From positions 1 to 32,672 of the forward strand of contig CAIXMD010000431.1 in NCBI GenBank assembly GCA_903920415.1: a stretch of 32,672 bases of DNA. Direction: 5' to 3'. Under the pieces are notes generated by a model. It was not told the origin of the DNA. It did not search any database and saw only the letters and a program-made list of their open reading frames with translations. Positions 17,476 through 25,557 of the stretch are shown in pieces (the first letter of the stretch is position 1; each line of letters begins with the position of its first letter). The stretch comes from an uncultured Desulfomonile sp. (GTDB lineage Bacteria; Desulfobacterota; Desulfomonilia; Desulfomonilales; Desulfomonilaceae). The position numbers were made by a program, and so were the translations under genes.

Positions 17476-19575
17476 TCATAATGAAAAAATACAGCCAAGA
17501 TGGAATGATCCGGGACAACTTGTAGCCCGCTCGTCATTACCACTGCCGAAGAGATCTCTGTCGCTATACCAGGCCATATTGTACCGCGCTGCAAGTTTCA
17601 TCCGCTCCATGGCCTGCCAGGATGCCAGTATAAAAAGGGATTTCCCGCGTCCATTGTAAAGCCCGAGTGTCGAGGTCAGTGGCAGGTCATCTTCATAGGC
17701 ATAGAGTGCAGCATCATAATCATCCGTATTAAAAAGGGTAACCCGCCCTTTCAGAGTGAATTTTCCAACATGGTAACCCGCCTGCTGATAAATCAGCCAT
17801 CCAAACAATGCGGTATCCCCGGACTGATATTTATTGACAACTTTTTTCACTTCGCCCCGGCTCCTCAAATGAACACGCCCGGAAACGTCTACATCGCAAT
17901 CCAGCCTGCTTCGATTGGTGATTTTAGGAAGTGCCGTCCAAAGCGGTGTGCTCGAACTCCCCTGATTTGCCTGTTCTTCTTTATATTTATGCTGCAATTG
18001 CAGATTCCAGCTTACTCCTGGTGATTGCTTCCATGTCATGAATATCCTGCAATCATTCCCCTCAGAAGGGTATGGACAATGATCGTCAAGCAAAGGAAAG
18101 GTGAACAGGTCATAATAAGCGCCAACTGAGAGCCTGTCACTTACTTTTGCTGTAATGCCGACATAGTCTCCCCCTTCGTTTGAGGCACCAACTCCCCCTT
18201 CGTTTGAGGCACCAACTCCCCTTTCAGCAAACGCACCAGCGAACGGTGAAAAATAATTCTCTCCATACCGCCTCAGGGAAGTGATCATGCTGACACCATG
18301 AACAATCTCATACTCTACACCTGCTATCCATGAACTGTCATTTGGCTTTTCTGAAAATGCAGCTTCGGCGAAAAGATTGACCTTGCCGAGGGAAGCATCT
18401 GCCTCTATACTATAACATAGTGCTGAGTTTTGAGGGCCGAGTGCTGAGGGCCGAGTGCTGAGTGAAGATAGGTTTGAGAGTTGGGGGGTGAGGATTGACA
18501 GGGGTTGGGAATAATTGTAGTAGAGGAGAGTGCCGCCAAGCTTGGCTCTTAAAAGGCCTGTCTGATACCGGTAAAGCAGATTTGCTCCTGTGACGGTTTC
18601 CGTAACATTGTCTTTGCGGCTTGTTTCAAGAGCGGTGCGATGGTTCCCCGATTCATCAAAACTGGTAATGAAGCCACTGGTTTTATTGATGACAGCATCG
18701 ACATGGTTTGCCGAATAAAATGAAGTCACCTCAACATGATCAAGCTTCAGTGTCGTTGCAGCACCTTGCAGAAATCCGCTTTCGGAGCTTGATGTTGAGG
18801 AGGATAACTGCTTTGATGAAAGCCTGACACTACTTGTCGGCTCGGAACCTTTAGCAAAATATCGGCTTTGTCCGATAAGCAGGCCTTCTCCAAAATTCAG
18901 CCGATAGTTACCGATAACAGCATTTTTTATAACTCCGAAATCATAGGCACGGATGCTCAGTGACGAAAAGTCTGCAATATCAGCCTCTCCGATATCTTTG
19001 TCCTGAACAAAACCTGCTTCGAAGTGAGGTGCAGAAAACTGCAGGCGATGATACAGCTTGTAATTATCCCCACTGTATGCTCCGTTTATGATGCCTTTAC
19101 GCCCGGTTGTTTCCCAACAGAGGCGACTGTAGAGAGATAGTGCTGAGTGCTGAGGGCCGAGTGCTGAGGAAGGAGAATTGGGGGCTGAGTTTAGGAGAAT
19201 GTAGGGGGCAATGGCGGTAACTTTATCCTTGCCGATAACGGGGTCGAGCTCCTGGAGGGAGAGGATCGGGCCTTTATCCCGACGATAATCAACAATGGCA
19301 TGAACATCGAAGGTCGTCAGCCAGGGAAGCTGTCGCAGTTCATCACCATCTGCTTCATTGAGAGAAATCCTATTGTTTTTCAAACTCTCAATCAATTCGA
19401 CCAACTGCTCAAGATTTGCTTCAGATTCTGCGCTGTCGTACAATTGCTGAAGGTCACTATTTTCAGCATGGAGAAGGAAAGAAGGAAAAAAGAGAGGTGC
19501 CAGAAATAATAAAAACGTCATGACTGTTGCCGGTACATGACGTTTGAGAGCAATGAAAAGCTTTCTCATAACCAT
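17476..19575 (-). CDS. secreted protein: ComEA-type helix-hairpin-helix module fused to a large beta-rich (putative outer-membrane barrel) domain
   Basis: 699-aa ORF. A signal-peptide-like N-terminus is present (KRHVPATVMTFLLFLAPLFFPSFLLHA). The HhH segment is LNEADGDELRQLPWLTTFDVHAIVDYRRDKGPILSLQELDPVIG. The remainder shows alternating hydrophobic and aromatic-rich strands. The ORF contains repeat-derived in-frame segments. Confidence 0.7.
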   Translation of the reverse strand: MVMRKLFIALKRHVPATVMTFLLFLAPLFFPSFLLHAENSDLQQLYDSAESEANLEQLVELIESLKNNRISLNEADGDELRQLPWLTTFDVHAIVDYRRDKGPILSLQELDPVIGKDKVTAIAPYILLNSAPNSPSSALGPQHSALSLYSRLCWETTGRKGIINGAYSGDNYKLYHRLQFSAPHFEAGFVQDKDIGEADIADFSSLSIRAYDFGVIKNAVIGNYRLNFGEGLLIGQSRYFAKGSEPTSSVRLSSKQLSSSTSSSESGFLQGAATTLKLDHVEVTSFYSANHVDAVINKTSGFITSFDESGNHRTALETSRKDNVTETVTGANLLYRYQTGLLRAKLGGTLLYYNYSQPLSILTPQLSNLSSLSTRPSALGPQNSALCYSIEADASLGKVNLFAEAAFSEKPNDSSWIAGVEYEIVHGVSMITSLRRYGENYFSPFAGAFAERGVGASNEGGVGASNEGGDYVGITAKVSDRLSVGAYYDLFTFPLLDDHCPYPSEGNDCRIFMTWKQSPGVSWNLQLQHKYKEEQANQGSSSTPLWTALPKITNRSRLDCDVDVSGRVHLRSRGEVKKVVNKYQSGDTALFGWLIYQQAGYHVGKFTLKGRVTLFNTDDYDAALYAYEDDLPLTSTLGLYNGRGKSLFILASWQAMERMKLAARYNMAWYSDRDLFGSGNDERATSCPGSFHLGCIFSL
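18171..18218. repeat. perfect 24-bp tandem duplication inside the 699-aa ORF
   Basis: CCCCTTCGTTTGAGGCACCAACTC occurs at 18171-18194 and again at 18195-18218. It encodes GVGASNEG twice on the minus strand. Confidence 0.9.
18419..18490. repeat. GTGCTGAG/GGCCGAG repeat-arm copy embedded in the CDS (copy A)
   Basis: AGTGCTGAGTTTTGAGGGCCGAGTGCTGAGGGCCGAGTGCTGAGTG followed by ...GTTGGGGGGTGAGG. These are the same units as the arms of the intergenic elements. On the minus strand it translates as LSSLSTRPSALGPQNSAL. Confidence 0.7.
19139..19190. repeat. GTGCTGAG/GGCCGAG repeat-arm copy embedded in the CDS (copy B)
   Basis: AGTGCTGAGTGCTGAGGGCCGAGTGCTGAGGAAGGAGAATTGGGGGCTGAG. It has the same orientation and the same reading frame relative to the repeat as copy A. 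On the minus strand it translates as NSPSSALGPQHSALS. Confidence 0.7.
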
Positions 19576-19611
19576 TCAGGGTTTTGTGCATTAACAAAAC
19601 CGGAGGATGGC

Positions 19612-20355
19612 TTATAGGCTTTCCGTCAACTTATAGAGTTCCTGAACCTCATTTCGGCTCAGATACCGCCATTCGCCCCGCCGGAGTTCTCCAGCCTGCA
19701 GACCTGCATAAGCAACTCTTTCAAGCCGTTTAACCTCAAAACCGAGGGTTTCGAACATTCTTCTGACCTGATGATTCTTTCCTTCATGAATGCTCAGTAA
19801 TACCTGCATCCCATCGTCGAGTATTTTTGCCCTGCAGGGACTAACCTTTTCCCCGGTGTCTTTCAAACGCATCCCCCCTGTAAGCTGGTGCAGGAGATTT
19901 GGCGTAAATTTTTCATTAAGGACAGCAATATACTCTTTTTTTACATTAGACGAAGGATGCATCAGTTTATGTGCAAGCGTCCCGTCATTAGTCAACAGAA
20001 TAACACCGGTTGTTTTTCTATCAAGTCGGCCAACAGGAAAAACCCGTTCCTTGACATCGATAAAATCCAGCACCATTTCCCGGTTTTTTTCGTCACTGTT
20101 CGTCGTAATAACGTTTCTGGGTTTGTTCAACAGGATATACACCTTCCTTGCTTCTGGCTGGGCAAACCGCTCACCATCGACAATAACCTCATCCCTGGAC
20201 GGATTAATCATTATCCCCGGCGTTGTAATCACTGTACCGTTGACCATCACCCGCCCGTCCAGCACAAGCTGGTCGGCTGCCCTTCGTGATGCGATGCCGC
20301 ATGATGCCAGAAACCTGTTGATTCTGACGTCATCACTTTTACTGCTGTTTTTCAT
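19612..20355 (-). CDS. rluB: pseudouridine synthase, RsuA/RluB family
   Basis: An S4 domain is present (RINRFLASCGIASRRAADQLVLDGRVMVNG), with the catalytic motif GRLDRKTTGVILLTNDG. The start overlaps the scpB stop codon in an ATGA. Confidence 0.85.
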   Translation of the reverse strand: MKNSSKSDDVRINRFLASCGIASRRAADQLVLDGRVMVNGTVITTPGIMINPSRDEVIVDGERFAQPEARKVYILLNKPRNVITTNSDEKNREMVLDFIDVKERVFPVGRLDRKTTGVILLTNDGTLAHKLMHPSSNVKKEYIAVLNEKFTPNLLHQLTGGMRLKDTGEKVSPCRAKILDDGMQVLLSIHEGKNHQVRRMFETLGFEVKRLERVAYAGLQAGELRRGEWRYLSRNEVQELYKLTESL

Positions 20356-20981
20356 TCTCTTGTATCGATTCCTCTTGATAGTTCTCTAGTAATGGTCTCT
20401 GGGCTGTCATCCTGCCGGGTCAGGTACTCCTGCTCTTCATGTTCCTGAAGAATTTCCTTGATCTCGCGAAGTTTCGGGAGGTCTTTTAATGACGATAAGT
20501 GAAAGAGATCCAAAAATTCCTTTGTGGTTCCATACTGCAAGGGCCGACCGGGAGAATCCGCCCTGCCTCTAACCTCTATGAAGCCGCGAAGCAGAAGCCT
20601 GTCGATAGCATAATCAGGGCTGACGCCGCGAATCTGCTGAATCTCCCCTCGCGTAACAGGCTGATTATAGGCAATAACGGCTAGAACTTCAAGTATAGAC
20701 TGTGAAAGCCTTCTGCGGATGTTAGGGGCAAGAAGTTTTTTAAGGATGTCACTGAATTCCGGTCTGGAAAGAAAACGGTATCCACCGGCAATCCGGTGAA
20801 TATGAAACGTCCTTCCGGTTTGGGCGTACTCGGCATTGAGTTTCTCAATAATTGACTGAAACTCAGCGGAATCAAGATCCCTGCCGGTAACCTGTCTGAC
20901 GGTCTGGAGGGTAACAGCTTCTTCAGAAGCAAAAATAACCGCCTCTATATCTTGCTGCAACTGTAGGTCCTGCTTCTGCAC
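20352..20981 (-). CDS. scpB: segregation and condensation protein B
   Basis: DIEAVIFASEEAVTL, LSQSILEVLAVIAYNQPVTRGEIQQIRG and GRPLQYGTTKEFL are present. There is no early in-frame ATG, so the start appears to be the GTG at 20981. Confidence 0.85.
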   Translation of the reverse strand: MQKQDLQLQQDIEAVIFASEEAVTLQTVRQVTGRDLDSAEFQSIIEKLNAEYAQTGRTFHIHRIAGGYRFLSRPEFSDILKKLLAPNIRRRLSQSILEVLAVIAYNQPVTRGEIQQIRGVSPDYAIDRLLLRGFIEVRGRADSPGRPLQYGTTKEFLDLFHLSSLKDLPKLREIKEILQEHEEQEYLTRQDDSPETITRELSRGIDTRE

Positions 20982-21042
20982 ATGCTTTCTTTAGATGTTA
21001 GAGAAGAGGATTCTGCCCACCCTGCGGGGAAAGGAAGGGCGA

Positions 21043-21813
21043 CTATTTTGTTTTGGCAGTTGAGAAATTATGGTCAAGGCAAATGCCCTCTTCGTAATTA
21101 TACCATAACTGCTGACAGGGAAAATTGTTTTCGTAGAGGGCTTTGCCGATAATGACAGAATCAACACCACAAGACTTAAGCTCATCCAGGCGTTTCAAAT
21201 CGCCTGAATTGGTGACACCACCTGAAGCCGTAATTTTCAGGCCTGTTTTTTCAGCAAATCTTTTGGTGCTGTTATAACCGAACCCCTGCATCATACCGTC
21301 GCGGGTTATGTCTGTATAAATCACCCGCTCGATTCCCATCTCTTTCATCCGGAGTCCAAGATCGAAATCCATCAAGTCACTGCTTTCAGTCCATCCATTA
21401 ATCTTCGGGACACCATGCTCAGCATCGATACCGACAACAATTTTTGATGGGCGATATATTTTCAGAAGCTCTTCAACCAGTTTTGGATTGGTAACCGCAG
21501 CCGAACCAATGACTACACGACCAACGCCAATATCCAGATATTGCTTGACTGCATCGACAGAGCGGATACCCCCTCCGACCTGAACTGGAATATCGAGATT
21601 AAGTACAATTTCCCTGATTTTCTCAAAATTGACCATCTCCCCGGTAAGTGCAGCATCGAGGTCAACGACATGCAGCATCTTGGCATTCTGCTTTCGCCAG
21701 ATAATTGCCATGTCGAGAGGATTGTCGAGATATATTTTTTTCTTGCTGAAATCACCACGGGTCAACCTCACACACTTCCCGTCCTTAATATCTATAGCTG
21801 GAATAATCAACAT
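21043..21813 (-). CDS. hisA: 1-(5-phosphoribosyl)-5-[(5-phosphoribosylamino)methylideneamino]imidazole-4-carboxamide isomerase
   Basis: Probable start is MLIIPAIDIKDGKCVRL at 21813. Contains VQVGGGIRS and ASGGV, consistent with a TIM-barrel HisA/HisF fold. Confidence 0.9.
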   Translation of the reverse strand: MLIIPAIDIKDGKCVRLTRGDFSKKKIYLDNPLDMAIIWRKQNAKMLHVVDLDAALTGEMVNFEKIREIVLNLDIPVQVGGGIRSVDAVKQYLDIGVGRVVIGSAAVTNPKLVEELLKIYRPSKIVVGIDAEHGVPKINGWTESSDLMDFDLGLRMKEMGIERVIYTDITRDGMMQGFGYNSTKRFAEKTGLKITASGGVTNSGDLKRLDELKSCGVDSVIIGKALYENNFPCQQLWYNYEEGICLDHNFSTAKTK

Positions 21814-21835
21814 AAAAGAATAACAAAAATCGATT

Positions 21836-22441
21836 TTAACATTCGGCAAAGTTTTTCAGTACCTGCAACCCGGCATCAGAACTTTTTTCCGGATGAAACT
21901 GAACTGCAAAAATACCATTTTTTTCAATAGCCGAACAAAAGTTTTTTCCTGCAAACCAGGTGGTTGCCGCCACGGATTCAGATGATATCGGCTCACAATA
22001 ATAAGAATGAACAAAATAGAAAAACGAATGATCGGCAATCCCTTTGAAAAGCACACTCTCTTTCTGCTGATCAACCGAATTCCAGCCTATCTGGGGAATC
22101 TTGTCGGTGTCGCTCCTGAAACGCAAAACCTTCCCCGGTATCAGGTTCATCCCCTTGTTAACTCCCATTTCCTCACTGTCAGTCAATAAAAGCTGCATAC
22201 CAAGACAGATACCCAGGAGCTGACCGCCTTTATCGACATGCTCGGCAACTGCTTCGGTAAAACCCGATGCATTAAGGGACTCTATAGCCTGACCAAATGC
22301 GCCGACACCTGGAAGAACAACTTTTCTATAGCCTGCAAGTTTAGCTGGATCACTGCTGACTTCAGCCTTGACGCCAAGGTAGTCAAATGCCTTGAGAACA
22401 GAACGAAGATTGCCAGCACCGTAATCAGCTATAAAAACCAT
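21836..22441 (-). CDS. hisH: imidazole glycerol phosphate synthase, glutamine amidotransferase subunit
   Basis: IADYGAGNLRSV is present. The catalytic Cys is in GICLGMQLL and the His/Glu pair is in QFHPEKS. Confidence 0.9.
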   Translation of the reverse strand: MVFIADYGAGNLRSVLKAFDYLGVKAEVSSDPAKLAGYRKVVLPGVGAFGQAIESLNASGFTEAVAEHVDKGGQLLGICLGMQLLLTDSEEMGVNKGMNLIPGKVLRFRSDTDKIPQIGWNSVDQQKESVLFKGIADHSFFYFVHSYYCEPISSESVAATTWFAGKNFCSAIEKNGIFAVQFHPEKSSDAGLQVLKNFAEC

Positions 22442-22609
22442 AAAAGCCCTTTTAATAGTTCAGGAAAACAATCGGAAAAGCACTCATGACCGGCCCTCCA
22501 AACTTCCCGCTCATTTTTATATTTAATCTATTATGCTTATAATAGTGACTTTTTGCTCCTTACCGCAAAAGCCGTAAAGTCTCCAATATCATACGAAATC
22601 GAAAAGCAA

Positions 22610-23446
22610 ATGCATAAGATTGTTTCTGCAATATTTTTAGCTGAAAATATCAAAAAAATTGAAATAGAGGCACCTCGTATTGCTAAAAAAAGAAAGGCAG
22701 GCCAGTTCATAATGCTCAGGGTGGACCAGACGGGCGAAAGAATCCCGCTTACCATTGCCGATGCTGATCCTGAAAAAGGCACGATTACCATCATTGTCCA
22801 GGGCATGGGTAAATCCACCAAAGAGCTGAACACTAAAGCGGCTGGCGACACCATCAGTGATATTGTCGGGCCACTTGGAGCCCCATCTCATATTGAGAAT
22901 TTCGGCACCGCAGTAAGCATTGGCGGAGGTGTTGGTACTGCAATTGCCTATCCAACGGCTGTTGCTCTCAAGGAAGCCGGGAATTATGTCATTACTATTA
23001 ACGGTGCCCGATCTAAAGATCTGGTAATCCTTGAAAAGGAGATGAAAGCGGTAAGTGATGAAGCGTACATTACTACAGATGACGGATCGTACGGCTTTCA
23101 TGGATTCGTCACACAAAAGCTTCAGGAGCTGATAGATTCCGGGACAAAAATCGATTTTGTCCTTGCAATAGGGCCCATTCCGATGATGAGAGCCATAGCT
23201 GAAGTCACCCGTCCCTACAATATCAAAACCATGGTCAGTCTCAACCCTATTATGGTTGATGGTACAGGCATGTGTGGCGGCTGCAGGGTTACGGTGAACA
23301 ACGAGACTAAATTCGCCTGTGTTGACGGACCGGAATTCGATGCTCACCAGGTCGATTTTAAAAACCTTACTGACCGGAACAAATTGTACCTCCCGGAAGA
23401 AAAACAATCGGCTGAAGCATTTGCACACAAATGCAACCTGCAATAA
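22610..23446 (+). CDS. nfnA: NfnA/SudB-type FAD/NAD(P)-binding electron-transfer subunit (PyrK-like, C-terminal 2Fe-2S)
   Basis: ATG at 22610 (MHKIVSAIFLAENIKK); the ORF track begins at an upstream TTG. Contains GQFIMLRV and ERIPLTIAD (FAD binding). The C-terminal Cys cluster is GMCGGCRV...FACVDGPEF. Confidence 0.8.
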   Translation: MHKIVSAIFLAENIKKIEIEAPRIAKKRKAGQFIMLRVDQTGERIPLTIADADPEKGTITIIVQGMGKSTKELNTKAAGDTISDIVGPLGAPSHIENFGTAVSIGGGVGTAIAYPTAVALKEAGNYVITINGARSKDLVILEKEMKAVSDEAYITTDDGSYGFHGFVTQKLQELIDSGTKIDFVLAIGPIPMMRAIAEVTRPYNIKTMVSLNPIMVDGTGMCGGCRVTVNNETKFACVDGPEFDAHQVDFKNLTDRNKLYLPEEKQSAEAFAHKCNLQ

Positions 23447-23495
23447 TCGAGAAATACTATACCCTGTTGACTTTTTTCAATCTGTCATGATGACT

Positions 23496-23531
23496 TCCCT
23501 GCCTCATTTTTTTGCAGGGATGGCTTTTTTT
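23496..23531 (+). terminator. hairpin plus T7 run between nfnA and nfnB (possible attenuator or partial terminator)
   Basis: TCCCTGC (23496-23502) pairs with GCAGGGA (23514-23520) around an 11-nt loop. After 4 nt comes TTTTTTT (23525-23531). Confidence 0.4.
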
Positions 23532-23566
23532 CGGATAAACACTCCATCGTTTTAAAGATCAAAATT

Positions 23567-25006
23567 ATGTGCCCACAACATATCACGACCAAAGAACGCT
23601 TTGCCATTCCGCGCCAGGGAATGCCTGCTCAAAACCCTGAAGTTCGGAATAAAAATTTCAAGGAAGTGAATCTTGGCTATACACCTGAACTTGCACAGAA
23701 GGAAGCTCTTCGATGTATTCAATGCAAAGATCCAGCCTGCATCAAGGGGTGCCCGGTTAACATCAAGATTGATCAGTTTATCAAGTATATCGCGGAAGGT
23801 GATTTTCTGGGTGCGGCAAGAAAGATCAAGGAAGACAATGTACTTCCTGCTATCTGCGGCAGAGTCTGTCCACAGGAAGACCAGTGCGAAAAAGCCTGCA
23901 TTCTTACGAAAAAATATACATCAGTTGCAATCGGTAATCTGGAACGCTTTGCGGCTGATTACGAGCGGGAAACCGGAAATGTAGAACTCCCTGCAGTAAA
24001 AGCACAAACGGGCAAAAAAGTAGCGGTTATCGGCAGCGGACCAGCCGGACTCAGCTGTGCCAACGATCTTATCCAACTTGGCCATTCGGTAACGGTTTTT
24101 GAAGCACTGCACGAACTCGGCGGCGTTCTGGTCTACGGCATTCCCGAATTCCGCCTTCCCAAGGAGATTGTAAAACAGGAAATTGAAGGATTGAAACAAC
24201 TTGGGGTAAAGTTTATTACCAATGTACTCGCTGGCCGCTCTGTCACCGTAGATGAACTACTGAAAGAAGAGGATTTTGATGCAGTCTTTATCGGAGTCGG
24301 TGCCGGTCTGCCATGGTTCATGGGTATCCCGGGAGAAAATCTTCTCGGAGTTTATTCTGCGAATGAGTTTTTGACCAGGGTTAACCTGATGAAGTCATAT
24401 CAATTCCCGAACAATGACACTCCGGTGTTCAACTGCAAGGGTAAAAGTGTTGCAGTGTTCGGTGGCGGCAATACGGCCATGGACGCTGTCCGCACAGCTA
24501 AAAGACTTGGTGCTGAACATGCCTATATTGTGTACCGACGATCCGAAGCGGAAATGCCTGCACGTCTTGAGGAAGTTCATCACGCAAGGGAAGAGGGGAT
24601 TGAATTCCTTATGCTCATGAATCCGTTGGAATTTGTCGGTAATGAACAGCAGTGGCTTACTGGGGCTAAATGCCTCAAGATGGAACTTGGCGAACCCGAT
24701 GAATCCGGACGCCGCAGGCCGGTACCGATAAAAGACTCTGAATTCATTCTTCCAATCGATATGGCAGTTATCTCGATCGGCAACGGCTCCAACCCGCTCA
24801 TAAAACAGTCAACTCCTGATATTGAGGTCAGCAAGCGTGATACCATTGTCGTGGATCTCAACACCATGGCAACTTCAAAAGAAAATGTCTATGCCGGTGG
24901 TGATATTGTAACCGGTGGAGCTACAGTTATCCTTGCCATGGGAGCTGGACGTACAGCCGCAAAAGCTATTCACGAAAAGCTGATGGGTATTGACACGCAT
25001 GAGTGA
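23567..25006 (+). CDS. nfnB: NfnB/SudA/GltD-type NADPH-dependent oxidoreductase (glutamate synthase small-chain family)
   Basis: Two N-terminal Fe-S motifs are present (CIQCKDPACIKGCP and CGRVCPQEDQCEKAC). The FAD fold motif is VAVIGSGPAGLSCA and the NADPH fold motif is VAVFGGGNTAMD. Confidence 0.85.
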   Translation: MCPQHITTKERFAIPRQGMPAQNPEVRNKNFKEVNLGYTPELAQKEALRCIQCKDPACIKGCPVNIKIDQFIKYIAEGDFLGAARKIKEDNVLPAICGRVCPQEDQCEKACILTKKYTSVAIGNLERFAADYERETGNVELPAVKAQTGKKVAVIGSGPAGLSCANDLIQLGHSVTVFEALHELGGVLVYGIPEFRLPKEIVKQEIEGLKQLGVKFITNVLAGRSVTVDELLKEEDFDAVFIGVGAGLPWFMGIPGENLLGVYSANEFLTRVNLMKSYQFPNNDTPVFNCKGKSVAVFGGGNTAMDAVRTAKRLGAEHAYIVYRRSEAEMPARLEEVHHAREEGIEFLMLMNPLEFVGNEQQWLTGAKCLKMELGEPDESGRRRPVPIKDSEFILPIDMAVISIGNGSNPLIKQSTPDIEVSKRDTIVVDLNTMATSKENVYAGGDIVTGGATVILAMGAGRTAAKAIHEKLMGIDTHE

Positions 25007-25014
25007 AGTTTAAC

Positions 25015-25059
25015 GGCAGAGGAAGCTTGAAGTCAACCACACATTGAGCTTCCTTTGCC
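25015..25059 (+). terminator. stem-loop between the convergent nfnB and DUF1499 genes
   Basis: GGCAGAGGAAGCT (25015-25027) pairs with AGCTTCCTTTGCC (25047-25059) at 12/13 positions. TTTT follows on the plus strand. Confidence 0.45.
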
Positions 25060-25062
25060 TTT

Positions 25063-25512
25063 TCAACGATGATGAAGGGCTTTCTGAAATGCCGACCGCA
25101 ACTGCTCAACCCGCCCGCGATTGACACCAAGATCTGAGATGCCGAGCCTTGAAGCCGACCGGACATGAATCACCCCTTCAGTCGCGCTCAAGCGGAACTC
25201 AACGTCATCAACAAAGCCAAAAACAGGGAGAGTAAAGGTCGACCATAGATACTCGCTGCCTTCATCATGCACCGTCCCTCCCTCTTCCCTGACAACAAGC
25301 TTCAGCGTCGCCCAGGCTTGCTCAGGAGAACCGGTGAAGGCTAAAGGTGCTATCTTGAACAACGGATTATCGCTTTCACTGCTCACACAGTTCGGCGTTC
25401 CAGGACAAGGCCTCAGCTTTCCGTTCACTAACTGGGGTTTTTCCTCAGGCTGAGGCCATAAACCCGAGAGTTGACTGGTAAGAGCGCCGACTGCTTCACT
25501 GAAAATATCCAT
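25063..25512 (-). CDS. DUF1499 family protein
   Basis: LRPCPGTPNCVSSE, FGFVDDVEF and VRSASRLGISDLGVNRGRVEQLR match the DUF1499 pattern as I remember it. An AAAGGAGGG Shine-Dalgarno sequence lies upstream. Confidence 0.7.
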   Translation of the reverse strand: MDIFSEAVGALTSQLSGLWPQPEEKPQLVNGKLRPCPGTPNCVSSESDNPLFKIAPLAFTGSPEQAWATLKLVVREEGGTVHDEGSEYLWSTFTLPVFGFVDDVEFRLSATEGVIHVRSASRLGISDLGVNRGRVEQLRSAFQKALHHR

Positions 25513-25557
25513 AGGATTCCCTCCTTTATGTTGAAACCAAAACCCGGTTATTCACAC

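Noticed and set aside
19580-19601. 8-bp hairpin GGTTTTGT/ACAAAACC between rluB and the 699-aa ORF
   Set aside because: The stem is real, but no U-run follows on the transcribed (minus) strand. I cannot tell a terminator from a chance palindrome.
19790-20389. 199-aa plus-strand ORF opposite rluB. The same applies to 31928-32569 opposite ligA, 10568-11059 opposite nusB and 4844-5335 across the M50/folP junction.
   Set aside because: All of these are antisense to genes with strong family motifs and show low-complexity composition.
22637-23443. 268-aa ORF antisense to nfnA
   Set aside because: It fully overlaps a gene with clear FAD/NAD and Fe-S motifs. It has no recognisable motifs and is a typical long shadow ORF.
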